Assembly: GCA_032718475.1 (NCBI GenBank)
Contig: JAUCBJ010004427.1
Span: 6,252-70,251, forward strand
Reading direction: 5' to 3'
Length of the DNA stretch: 64,000 nt
Origin: Nemertoderma westbladi
Lineage: Eukaryota > Animalia > Xenacoelomorpha
Position numbers and translations under genes: made by a program. Shown one piece after another: positions 36,423-49,375 of the stretch (position 1 is its first letter; each line of letters begins with the position of its first letter). Below the pieces are notes generated by a model that saw nothing but the letters and a program-made list of their open reading frames with translations, was not told where the DNA came from and did no database searches.

Positions 36423-36758
36423 GTACAATCTGAGCAGGCTTACACGTCTTCTGCTCAATATTAACCTACAAATAAATAAAACTGACAGAAATAAGTAAAC
36501 CATACAAAGGAATAAGGGGTGATCAATCCCTAATCCCCTAACAGCCTACAATATATAATATATCACAATCGAAATAATACTGGTACCTGTACTGCAGTAA
36601 GTACCGGTTCGGGTGGTTAGGTAGTTAGGCCTACTAGTTACCGGTTGACCGGTACTTCAGCTTTATTGCCTACGTTGCAATACAGAAGCAATAACTGTTA
36701 TTGTTCTTACCAGAACAATAGTAAACTGTATTTATTGCCTACACTGCAATAAGAAATC

Positions 36759-36769
36759 ATAACTGTTAT
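36759..36769 (-). promoter_or_regulatory. Non-tRNA primer-binding site of BEL-1 (ATAACAGTTAT), complementary to LTR-internal 37505-37515
   Basis: It abuts the 5' LTR end and has no TGG. An 11/11 complement exists within the LTR. Confidence 0.7.
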
Positions 36770-37914
36770 TGTTCGCGCTTTCAGACCTTTAGCAGTTTAA
36801 CCTGCCAAATTTAGGTGTCTTCTAGGTTATAAATCGACTTTAGCCTATGACGAGTATTTGATACACTACATTAGCTGAAGCCAGTCTATGCGCGACCATT
36901 CACCCGCTGGATATACCCGGGAGACTGGATTCGGAAGCTCTGACCTTATTGCGGTGTAGGCCTACTGTATTATTCGACTGATCGTTAATATATAATCTCT
37001 GACAAATATTATTCACTTTCGGGAAATATTAACAGTTCCTTTAGGACGTGGCGCTCTAAATATGTAAACAGAATTATGACTTACACTAGACACAACGGGA
37101 TGGCTATTGATTCACGTATAAAGCGCATTCTTTAGAAGATGCTTTGTTATCTGTCACAATCATGCACACTACCGCACTACGCTGCACACCGATCTGCCGA
37201 CCTTCACTAATTTTAGTCACATATAAAGAGAACAGCAACCGACACATGTAGTGCCTATGAAATAGCATTAGATTCACTCCAAAACCAATATAATGTAAGT
37301 CGCAATTGCTATATGTAACCTGTCTCTTACCTTCAGTATATCAAGAAGATTGGGGGTTTTATGATTATTTATCGATATTATCCAAATATAATAATATTCC
37401 ATCAACTGATATAATTAATAACCGACAGTAAATAGCAGTAAAAATGTGGTGTTTGTAGGTGACAATATGTTTTGTAACAATATGAATTGCGTTGGATTGA
37501 ATTGATAACAGTTATACGTTTCTATGATCAAAGCCTACTAATGTTTGGCTAAAGCCTGAAACATAGAAATTCCAAAGCCGGTGTTCTGGCATCAGGAAAA
37601 ATACACACTGACTGAATTGCGAGAGTTTCTGTATACAATGTCCAACACAGAGTGAAAACCGCTCTGATTGGTCGACCGAACAAAGAACGAACAAAGAACA
37701 AAGAAAAAGTTACACGTGGACACAGCTGATAGATGTAGTCATCTGAGTTCCGATGTTTAGAGTATTTGAGCTTATTGCGGAGAAAAATGGCTTTTTATGT
37801 CCGCTAAAGCACACATGCAGACATAGCGAGCAAATCGCCTGATATGTCCGCTAAAATACCTACTCGGTATATTGCAGAGAAAAATAGCTTGTTACATCCG
37901 CAAAAGCTTTTACA
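36770..37914 (-). repeat. BEL-1 5' LTR
   Basis: Direct repeat of 17632-18776. U3 holds a CCAAT box (CTGATTGG on +), E-boxes CACGTG/CAGCTG and ATGTCCGCTAAA repeats. Confidence 0.96.
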
Positions 37915-37919
37915 TGAGC

Positions 37920-38915
37920 TGAGGAGCCGTTGGGCTCCCTCTAGTGATTTCTGAGAGTACTCTTAACTCATCAGCAAAGTCTAGATCAGTTAGGTACTTG
38001 GCAGGATTTCCTCGACTTCTGGAGCCAGTAGGTGGAGTTATCATCACCCCATCATCATTATGATGATCTAAGGACATGAGTAGAACATAGTCAACCACAA
38101 TTATGAACAAGAATGGTGCAAGTGTGTCTCCCTGGAGGACGCCCCATAACACTTCCAATGGTTCTGTGTCACCGTCAACAGTAGACACAAATGTTGTCGA
38201 ACCATCGTATACTGATCCGATTGCTGCAATAATTTCATCAGGAATCACATATAATGAAAGTATGCTGAACATACGTAAGCGAGAGACTGAATCAAAGTCC
38301 TTGAAGAAGTCAACAAAGGTAACAGCCAGATGCATGTCTTTCTTTTTTGATAACTCTTCAATTATCCTTCTAACTGCCAATATGGGCTCCATGGTCCCAC
38401 GACCTTTACAGAACCCATTCTGATTTCCACGGAGCAGTCTCTCAATGGGATCCCTGATGCAATTTAATAGAATTCTATTGTATAGCTTTGCAGCAATCGA
38501 GATCAATAAGATTCCCCCATAAAGACCCATAGAGTGTTAGGTGGCTGAGTACTGGCACCAAATTATTTATTTTCATTTCTTGTGGAACTCTTGTTGTTCG
38601 GTACATGTGGGATAGATGAGCTTTAAACACTCAGGTATTTTAAAGACCTCAGGGGGAACACCATCTACTCCACTGGCACGATTGGTCTTAATGTTGTTTG
38701 CAGCAGCCTTCACTTCTGCAAAGGAGATATTGCCAATAGGAATATCTGGGGGTACAGACTCAGACACTTTTACTTCTATAAAGTTATCAGGCAATACCCT
38801 GTCATTATTGAGGAGCTTTTCAAAGTGGGCCTTCCAACCATTGAGGCGATCGGCTGGTGATTCAGCCTTAACCTTGGTGGTTGGTTGGCTTTACCGCCCA
38901 GTAAGCAAGTTGATC
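37920..38915 (-). pseudogene. RTE LINE RT N-terminal part (5'-truncated)
   Basis: Motifs ASGVDG.P.E, KLYNRILLN, NQNGF..GRGT, FVDF.K.FDSV, GVLQGDTLAPFLF and LDFAD. It rejoins 17626 across the TGAGC TSD. Confidence 0.9.
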
Positions 38916-39199
38916 GATTTTACTAACCCGCATAAGGAGTTTTATGAACTACGTGAGATTCGTGATAGTAAATGGGTACCATCTAATGATGTCCTTCAGG
39001 CAACACCAGGCAAGATCTCGGAGCCAAGCAAACTCATAAAAGGGTTTAGGTCCAGTTCATGGTCCATTGGCACTCACGCCCACAGATCAGAGTCTATTGG
39101 GAGGCAAACTATGGAAACAAACAGAGCCAACACCAACAATCTCACAGTCATTGGGGGATTGCCAGGATTGACTAACCGCTAATAAGTTATTTCCCTGGA

Positions 39200-41400
39200 G
39201 TAAACAATTTCAAACTAGGGGTGTTCATATTGCTCATATTAATATATGCAGACTTCTACCGAAAATTAGTGAACTACGAGTATTGCTTTCAAAGCCGTTT
39301 CTACATTTACTTTTAGTTACTGAAACATGGCTTGACGATTCAACTACAGATGAAAGTGTCAACATACCACATTATAAAATAATAAGAAGAGATAGTGAAG
39401 CGAATAAGGATGGAGGTGGTATTGCTATCTATATTAATGTTAATATTGATTTCGAAAAGATACCAAAATTCTCCCACCCAAAGTCAGAAATAATATTTGG
39501 AGAACTGCTCCTACCTGGGACCAAACCAATACTAATCGGAGTCATATACCACCGACCACAAACTGATGCGACTTTTTTTGAAAACATAGAGGATACTCTT
39601 AGCCCAGGGGGTTATCAACATTACCCGGTGTCATGGCAACTGGAAACCAAGCAACGATAACATTACCAGTAACTAAAGATACTTCTATACCCCATAAACT
39701 AGCATACTTCTGTTCTTGGTCTTAAAGCAAATAATAACTGAGTATACGCTTGTCACAGAATCTATGTACAAGCACCATAATTGATCATGTATTCGTCTCA
39801 AGTGTTATTAAACTAAGAATGAGTGACCACTACCTGATATTCTGTACCTGTAAGAAGGTTAAACTACCCATAAATATGGGTAGTTAACAAAGAAATAATT
39901 TGTCGGAATTATAAAAACTACAATAAGGATATAATGCTGGTAAATACAAGAGCAAACACCTTTACCCAAGGAGTAACTTCTCCGACAGATGTCAATGACG
40001 CAGTAAGGCAGCTATCTGATCAACTCACAAATATAATTGACCGTTTAGCGCAGAGAAGATCAGTGAGATTCAAACACCGAAGTGAGCCATGGATGGATAG
40101 TGAGGTTCGCAATGCGTCAATTATCCAGGAAATTGATTGTGGGATCGATCACCAACAAACTTCAATCTGGATTTCGGCGTGGATATTCGACCGAGACTAC
40201 TCTAATCTATCTAGACAACTTCATCCGAGAAGGTATTGAGAAAGGCCGTCTTACAGGTATGGTCGTAATAGATCTCAGCAAGGTGTTTGACACCATAGAT
40301 CAATCCACACTGCTAGCCAAACTCAGCACTACAAGATGGATGAAATCGTACCTGTTGGGTAGACAACAGTTCGTGAGTATTAATGGTGTAGAATTGGAAA
40401 GGAGCCAAATTGACATTGGAATTCCACAAGGTTAGATTTCGGGGCCCGATTTATTCGGTGACCATACCAATGACATTCCCCAAGCTATAGAAATTCCAGC
40501 CCCAATGTTTGCCGATGATACGAGCTTATTGGACTCCAATGCTGATATGGATGAACTATCTCGCGTCCTGTCAGAGAATATGTATGCTGTGTACGACTGG
40601 TGTAATGATATCACCTCAGCATAAATTTCAAGAAAACCCAGGCGATTTATTTTGGTACACATCAGAGGTTAGCATCAGCTCCGAAACTACAAGTTAAATG
40701 CTGCGGCATTGAAATACCGGTGAAGGATGCGGTCACCTATCTCGAAGCAGAACTCGATGACACTCTTGCAGGTGAGAATATGGCTCAACAAATAATTAAA
40801 AAAGGGAAACAGCAGTCTAAAGTTTCTTCACCACAATGGAGGAGTTCTCGATCGCCATTCCCGTCGACTACTCTGCATGGCGCTCATCCAGCCCCATATG
40901 GACTACGCCTCTAGCTGCTGGTTCTTGACTATCTCTACCAAATTGCGAACTCAGTTGGAGGCTCTCCAACGCAAATGCATTTGTTTCTGCCTGGGTATGG
41001 GGTCTCGTGATCACATCGGCCCGGTCCACTTCAAGGATATATGCTGGCTTCCATTAAGGGAAAGAGGTGCTATTCTAAAATTCTGTCGTATATGTATAAC
41101 GTTCTACACTTGCAAGCTCCATCATACCTCTCAGAGCTACTGTAGTTTATTTCAATCAAGGTGCAATTAATCTTCGGGGGCCACATATACTTGCAGAAAT
41201 CCAACAGAGATACACTGCCCTTCTTGGTCAGCTTACATTCTCGTACTACGTGCCCTTTGTTGTGGAATGATCTACCGTGGTTAATAACTCTAGCGCCATC
41301 TCTTGTCGTATTCCAACACAACCTGAAGAAACACTTTTTAGCTAAATTTACATCCATGGATTTATTATGTTTCAATTACTTATAAACTTTATATTTTATC
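39200..41400 (+). pseudogene. Decayed CR1/L2-group LINE ORF2 (APE endonuclease and RT)
   Basis: APE motifs VTETWL, GGGIAIYI, GVIYHRP, IDH/SDH. RT motifs QSGFRRGYSTET, IDLSKVFDTID, GIPQG, MFADD, then ALIQPHMDYASSCW. There are many frameshifts and an internal deletion. Confidence 0.88.
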
Positions 41401-41511
41401 TACCTTTTATGGTCATACAACCACTGTTTTTGGTTATTATTTTTACAAACAGGATCCCTATGTAAATGATATGCAATTATCTCTGGGATGTAAAGTTAGT
41501 TACTTAGTGTA

Positions 41512-42710
41512 TGTTCGCGCTTTTGAAGACCTTTGGCAGTTTAACCCGCCAAATCTATATGTCTTCTAGGTTATAAATCTACTCCAGCCTATGACAAGTA
41601 TTGAACACCTATAATAATTCTAACATTAGCCAAAGCCAGTCTGTGCGCGACCATTCACCCGCTGGATATACCCGGGAGACTGGATTTGGATGCTTTAATT
41701 TGATTGCGGTGCAGGCCCACCGTACTATTCGATTGATCGTTAATATATAATCTCTGACAAATATTATTCACTTTTGGGAAATATTAGCAGTTCCTTTAGG
41801 ACGTGGCGCTCTATCTATTTAAACAGAGCTATGACTTACACTATACACAACGGTATGTCTTATAGATCACCAAAGTGCATTCTTTAGGAAATGCTTTGTT
41901 ACTCGGTCAAGCACACACAGACTATTGCACACAACTGCACACTGAATTGCCGATATTCACTGATTTTAATCATATATAAAGAGAATAACAACCGACATTT
42001 GTAGGGCCTATTAGGTAGCATTGAATTCACTACAAACCACGATAATGTATGTCGCAAATTGTTATATGTAACCGGTCTCTCTAACCTTAGTGTATCAAGA
42101 AGATTGGGTTTTCGGATCGTTATCAATATTCTTCCCAATAATAATATGTAAACGAACGATTCAATTAACAACACAGTAAATAGCAGTTTACGTCAGGGTG
42201 CTTAATCAGATGCCGAGGTGCAAAACCGTGATAACCATTTGATGATCTTATAATTAAAGACGCTCTAATGTCAGAAAACATTCCCCGGCCGGTGTTCTAG
42301 GCGTGGGGGAAACGTCAGTACTGAACCCTGTAATTCTGCTGTACAGCTTTTACACAAAGAGGGAATCTCTGATTGGTCGAATGGCAAAGAGCTCCACGTG
42401 GACACAGCTGATAGATGTCGTCATTTTGAGCTGAGCAGAACAAAGAACCAAGGCAAGGCTCCGGGCAAGCTACACATGTAAAGCTCAGCCGTTAGCTGTC
42501 GTCATAGTAACGACACTGTTTCAAGAGGATCTAGGGCGTTGCGTCATAGAATTGCTAATTATGTCCTCTTAAGTACACATACAGAAGAAATAGCTTTTAT
42601 GTCCCCTAAAAACACCGGTACAGCAATGACACGGCCTTTTATGCCTGCTAAACCAACTACAGAGTACTTTACGGGGAAAATAACCGGGCAATTCCGCAAA
42701 AGCTTTTACA
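41512..42710 (-). repeat. BEL-2 3' LTR (1199 bp)
   Basis: TGTTCGCGC...GCTTTTACA; the first 424 bp are repeated at 51627-52050. Confidence 0.93.
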
Positions 42711-45700
42711 CCGCTCCCAGAAAATGGGATTTTAGTCTATAAAATATAAAAATCACAGTTTCTAAAATATAAAGATACTCTAAACAGTTAGTTTTTCTTG
42801 CGCAGACGGCGTTTACGCAGTTTCTTGAGACTAGCAAGAGTCCTTTTCTCTTTGGGGCGAGCCACTTTACTAGGAGGGCTATAACTCCTGGGTGAAGGGT
42901 GCAATACAATTGCATCAGAAGGTTTAGGGTTACAGTCAGTGTCTCGTCCATTTCGATCTGCTTCTCCTCGAGCTGATTTTCCTCCGCTTGTCGTTGGACA
43001 CGCTCGTCCAAAACTCTCGCAGAGAATAGGGTTGTCTAAGCTCGATATCTTCTTAGAGATTCAAGATTTCCCAATCGAACTGAGATAAAGCCAATTCGTT
43101 TACCGCTTGGACTTGCTGTTATAACTAGCGTAGGTGATTTGTCGAACAAGTTTCGGTTTCCGTGGATGTTTATGTCTTTCCGTTTATTAGTTGGGTCTAG
43201 GGCATTTATCGTAATAATACCAAAGACGCACGTCTGGTAGGGGAAACGCGGATGATATTTATTTGTTGTTACAATGCTTCTATCAAGAATTCCAAAATAT
43301 ACGTTAGAGTTACCGCGTCCATTTGTCTCTCTAATGTCTTTTCTTTCGAGTCGATTTCGAATAGAATTTTCGCATTCGAATTTCAGTTTATCGTTCCGAC
43401 TCCGCTGGGTAGGATATATGTTCGACATAGTCCGTATCGTGTGAATCGATAGAATGGCCAATGGTTAAGAAGTCCATATCCGTACTATTACGATGCGTGT
43501 AGCGAGCGGTGAATTTTCCATAGTCCAATTCACGCGTAAGTTGCTTCTAGCAAATCGTCGGTTCGATATAACGACCATCGTCCTCCGTAGTAGTTGGACT
43601 AGCATCGCCGCGTATCAAGCTATCAACAAACACTTGTAAAGGTAGAGTATATCGCTCCCCGATACCAAGACCATCTTCTATCAACTCCGTTATATCTGCT
43701 ATATATGAGTTTATTAATATTATAATGAGCTTATAATTAGGCTAGCGAGCGTCGCTGCCTACCCCAATCAGCCCCCGGACAGTGTAAGATGCTCAGCGCA
43801 AATGTATCGTCGTCGCTGTGTTTTCCGCCAACGTGTAGCTACACAATGACAACGACACTAGCACGAGTCACTCCACTGTCCGTCCCAAAGGCTTAGATTC
43901 ACTTCAGGTTCTTACTGGAGAGTTAGGGTTACTTTCACAATTGCGACTCGCTACTGTAAACACACTTTAGTAGCAACATTCGCCTATAAACTCACAAATT
44001 CCACACACACAACTGTCACAAATTACACACACTCGGGCCATTTGTCCGTTAGTCAGTGCCTTCCAGAATGCCACGTTATTATTATGTATCCTTGGATACT
44101 AGCAGTGCGCTATTTATTTCTTACTATGCAATGGGGCAAGCTTTCTATTGTTCTTTTTAACTTGCTTCTAATTCTAGCGTGGGTGTTACTATGGTGACAT
44201 TATGGAAAGCTAGCGGTAGAATTAGGGTAATTCCAATGCATACAGATCTGGGATGCTATTTAATATTAATTCTTTAATGGTCCAATATCTCGTTTATATA
44301 TGATTTTATAAATTTTATCGGCTATTGACTCATACATGGGAGATTCTCACACTCTAACACACTTAATAGGATGAATCTCCGCTCCCGTGATCTATTAATT
44401 AATGGGATTTTGGGAATGTTATAAATTGCACAGAATGACAATTTATCAAATTCATTAAAATATGAATTTAAATTTATTCCCTGAAATTTTATTATTTGAT
44501 AGTACAATTGACACAATTTGATTCCAGAGCAGGTCTGGGGACATAGGATCCTTAATTCTATGAAAATTGTCTTTTAAGAGTATCGGTAAGTGCTACGATA
44601 TCTTAATCGACTAGAATTGTTAAAGGATCTGAATTTTACAGATTTTGATTTATAGATTTGTAAATATTAAATAATTAATATTTGAGATGGGCACCAATTT
44701 ATTCCAGAACTTGTCTGGGGACGTTAACCACTGATTCTAGAATTTGTCTTTCAAGTATATCGGTGGGTGCCGCGATATCTTAATCGACTAGAATTACAGA
44801 TGGTCAAAAGGTTTAACAGATTTATTTGCGTTTCACGCTACTGTTAGAGGGACATCACGCTACTATATGTATTATTATATATGGTATGAGAGCAATATCG
44901 CACGAAGCAATGTCAGTGTGAAGAGGCAAGTCGTTTCCAAGGTCTACCCAGAGCTTGGTTTAGCCGAGACACGAGGATCTGAACTTTGCATTCCTAATAC
45001 TCTGCCTACCAATAATACTTGAATATAGTAATGGCTTTATTGTACTTTAATAAGTACGGACATTTCATCTTACTGTAGTCACGTATTTATAATATGATAC
45101 GGACAGTAAGGAAAGAGAAAAATAATTATTTCTCGCCGTCGCACTAAATATATATTATAAGTAATTACGTACGTAATAGACACTAATATATTGCACTAAT
45201 CTACTAAATAATCACTAAAATAACATTCTACTAAATAAAATTAAAGAAAACGATTATAATAAAATTACATAATAATACATACATAAATATAAAATAAAAA
45301 CAAATATAAAATGATATAGTCACACGCCCACTCCATATGTTATTACGTTATGGAGTCCCTAGATATTTGTCGGATTAGGGAAGTGGTTGTAGGGAGAGTA
45401 TCTTGCCTTCCATAGTTTCCGGACAGTTTTCGGTCTCTTTCCAGTAAACATAAACGACCAGCTGGGCGATTGAGTTGTTGTGTTACTTTCTCCGCTCCCT
45501 TGGCCTGTCTAATCTCCGCCGTGGTAAGATGAGGAGGCCATTCTTCTTCTCCTTTACTTAAGAAGTCGGATCCACCTAACCAGCCTGGAGTATCTATCAG
45601 TTCTTGAGGAGTTGCTCCTCTGGAAGCAATGTCGGCTGGATTAATCGTCTCAAGGCAATGTCTCCATTGATCTATAGTGGAGTTAATATCGTCATTATCT

Positions 45701-45780
45701 GAGGAGTATGGTGTTCCCTCAGTTGGGTCGTCCACCTCACTGCTCTCCACTTCCTATTCCTTTACCTGGTATACCTGTTC

Positions 45781-48700
45781 TTAAGGTAATCTCTCTTTGA
45801 GAGTTCTACGGGAAGGGCCAGTGAAGTACCAACCTACTCTAGTTCTTACCGCATAGGTTTGTAGTGGCTGTGGTTGAGCAGGCCGTTTCTCCAATGTCTC
45901 TAGCGCCTCATGCGCGTTTTGGCCGATGAGTATTTGCACTCCAGGATAATCTGTGTGGAATCGAGGAATCTTAAGCTGCTGGATGCTCTCGTCCTCGTCC
46001 CAGTTATAAGGTTCTACTTGGGTAGTAGCGAAGTTCTTTATAGCCACCATTTTTACTGACCTTATACTTTGTTCTCCTAATTTATCCTGGGGGGTGGACA
46101 ACACACCTACATAGTAATCTGCCGTTATGGTAGATTTCACCTGCATAATTCCTGACATATTCAACTTAGTTCGGAATTTGGGTTGTCCAGCAAAGATGTC
46201 TTCGGCTAGTTCTTGATCGATGAATGTTCCTGTGTTGCCGGAGTCAAGGAGGGCGTTCACTATGTAACTTTTGTTAGGACCGTGAACTCTTACCTGCACC
46301 ACAGGAAATTCTCTGATTCCTACGTTGGAAGTTGGAGGTTTCCAAGATGGTTGTCTGTCAAAGGTAGTTGGGGGGAACTCATTGTCGGTGTCCTTTTCAT
46401 ACGTAAGTGCTCGATACACTGCGGTATTTATTAGGTAACAGGATTCATTGGCGTCGGAGAATTCGTCCGTATACAATCCTTCCATCTCAGATTCTTGATC
46501 AGTGTCATCTACATCACTGAATTGGACATGTAGTTCGGGCTCACTTACCTGACTCGGGTTGTTTCGTTCGAATTCACTGTGTAACAAGATGTGATGTTTC
46601 GCACTGCACTTTGCACACTTTACGTCGGAGTAACAGGTTCGCCGTTGGTGTCCTTTTCTGAGGCAATTATAGCATAACCGCTTATCCCACATGACTTCAC
46701 GTCTGTCTACCAGGGATTTCTTTAGGAATTCAGCACACACACTCAAACGGTGGGGCCCGTCACACAGCGCACATTTTGGTTTGATGTTACTCACTTTACC
46801 TTGGGTAACGTTATGCACTCTCGTTCTTTCTTCGGGCTTTCTTCCGTGAATTCTCTTAGGAGACATAGGAGGAGTTGTTGTTACCTGTTCTCTCCTGTCA
46901 CTGGTTCGAGACTTATATTTACTTACGTCTTTATAGGTCTTGTTGTCATAGTAAGATTTTGCTGTGTCTTTCCCGCTGTCCTCTTCTTGAGAAGCTTGGC
47001 TTTCGCCGTCGTCAGTATAACACACTGGTGTTACCCTTCTCCTAGAAACGGGTTTCTCACTTACCTTATTTTCCGATGTTTTCTCTCTGGACTGCTTTAT
47101 GAGTTGTAATTTTACTTCACTATCTAAGAAGGACATGAGATCAGCCATGGTAGGGCCTCGTCGTTGCTGCTCATTCATATACAACACTTTCTTGTCCCAG
47201 CGTGTACATACTCCACCCTTTGGTAAAGTAGAGACTACGGCTCCAATAACCATGGAACTCTGATATTCATGAGACTTACCTAACCAATCCAATTGTCTAC
47301 AGATCTCCTGAATCTCATCGGAAAACTCTATAATCCCGCTACTAAGGAACTTTCGGGGGGCTACTAATTTTGCATACAAATACTTAGCTATGTTATCCTT
47401 GTTACCATACCTGATGTTTAATGTATCCCAAACTTGTCTTAATCCATCTGGATGTCCAATAAACTTTAACGCCATTAACTTGGGAGGTCCTTCCAAGCAC
47501 TTGATGAGGAATCTAAGTTTCTCTCCGTTAGATAGTACAGAGTTCTGTATGCTATCTTTGTAATATTCATTAAAAGGTAACCATTTCATCTCATCTCCAT
47601 TGAATTTGACGATTTCTCCCACTTTGACCGCTTGGCGGGCTTCTGTTCTAGCCATCTGACGCGTAAAGCTTTCTTGGGCCATCGTGTTATTTAATATCGA
47701 ATTATCGGTATATAAATTTCCCGGATTATTATCAGGTCTATAGGGAATATCATCAACAACAGGTTTATAATCACCCTTAATAGGGTTTGCTATAGGAGTT
47801 TCTACTTCACTAGCAGTATAGATGCATGTAGGCTCCACACCTTGCGCATGTAATACTTCAGACCTAACAGGTTGACACAATGTTACAGGGGGTATTGGTA
47901 TACCCTTTTGTATATTGACTAATTTGTCGCGTTCTAGCGCGATGCTATGCTGCACTTCTTGCAATTCTACCCTACTTTCCCTTAATGTTCCCTTGAGTTG
48001 GTGGACAGTCTCCTGCATCTGTCCGAGCAGGAGATTCATCCCCCGCCGTCCCTCCTCTACCCACTCGACCGTCGAAGCGGGAGTCGCCAACATTGTAGCG
48101 GGCAGACAAATCTTTGATTTCTCTCTCAGCGTCCAGGACAGGGATATTCTCATGGACTGTTCTACCGGGTACAGGCAGTGTAGTACTGTGTAAAGGGGAT
48201 TTAGAGTTAAGCTCTGGAAGTACAGGGGTCTCTAGCACAGGAGTGGCTTTGGGAACGACAGGCCTAATTATTTCAGGCTCATCAACTATCGTAGGGAGTC
48301 TTTTGACCTTAATAATTTGGTCTGTGGGTTCTGTATTACCTAAGTCTGTGCTAGCTAGTTGTCTTCTAACCGCTGGGGGCAAATCAGGCAATTTGTGACG
48401 ATGAGATGTTTTTCTACGCCTGCTTAGACGAGATCTATTTCCTCCGCCTTCAGGATCGGTGGTCTCGCCTTCTTCCGATGATGTGTATTCTTGGCATTTG
48501 GGAGTAGAACGACTCATCATCTGCATTTGACTAGCAGTTAACTGTTTATTTATGTTGTCTTGCGTCTCTTGCAGATTTTCCAACTCCAGTTGGGTAGTCT
48601 CCTCAGACGCTCTCCGTTCTGCTTCTGCCACTGCCTTTGCTGCCTTTCTTTCTGCTTCTGCTTCTGCCATTGCCGCTGCTACTGCTGCTGCCTTTCGGTC

Positions 48701-49375
48701 CTCTATCCGTTTTTTCTTTACTTGTTCTTCTTGGACTCTAGCGAGGCGGAGTTTTTCATCAAATTTAGCTTGGTTTGCAGCTAACATTTCCGCATCGATT
48801 GCGTCCAACACAAGCTTGGTTCCTTCACTATTAGGGCGAAGTCCAGACAGTCGTCTCGTCAACTCTTCGTCTCCTAGGAATCGCTGATAGTCTGACAGAT
48901 AAATATCAATAGCGTCTCTCTTTCGCGGCTCCCCCGCTGTCACTTCGCTTTCTTCTTGAGAAGAAGTGGCGTCGGTTGATTCTTCAAAGGTTGGCCGCTC
49001 ATCATAAACCGTATCCGCCATCTTCGCTCCGCGTTCGGGCGTCCGCTCAACAGTATCTGAACTACTGGAGCTATCGGGCCGCTGAGAACTAGGTTCTTGG
49101 CTAGGAGGTTGCTACTGTTTGATAGCTGCTTCTTGATCCCGCTTGACTTGGGCCCGAGTGCCGATGATAGACCTACGCTGTTCTACTAGCCTAGGGTCTG
49201 ACACTACTACTGTAGGGATGGCCTTTCTTACAATAGTAGGTGACTTAGACTTGGATCTAGGATGTTCTATACTTTGATCTTGGTCACAGATCCTTTTAAT
49301 ACGCTGTCTAAGTCTAATACTCATTCTAACACTTTCTAAGAGACTATCTGACAGTGATTTGGTTGCGTCTGACAT
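45781..49375 (-). pseudogene. BEL-2 Gag-protease region (ORFs 49112-49375, 47972-49021, 45781-48153)
   Basis: Highly similar to the BEL-3 N-terminal half. Knuckles CALC..H..C / CYNC..GH..C / CAKC..HH..LH and LLDSG protease. There is a frameshifting deletion at ~48105 and there are stops. Confidence 0.9.

Larger units (their letters stand above)
17632..37914 (-). mobile_element. BEL/Pao LTR retrotransposon copy 1 (full length, decayed, with nested Gypsy-like element)
   Basis: Two 1145-bp TG...CA LTRs, a 5-bp TSD TGAGC (17627-17631, 37915-37919), and gag-PR-RT-RH-IN order with Pao-type motifs. Confidence 0.96.

Noticed and set aside
36707-36713. TGGTAAG about 55 nt downstream of the BEL 5' LTR as a canonical tRNA PBS
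   Set aside because: It is too far from the LTR boundary fixed by LTR-LTR identity and the TSD, and it sits in a hairpin loop.
38616-39182. 188-aa + strand ORF as a host gene
   Set aside because: The first half is antisense to RTE RT and it spans a TE junction. There is no recognisable domain.
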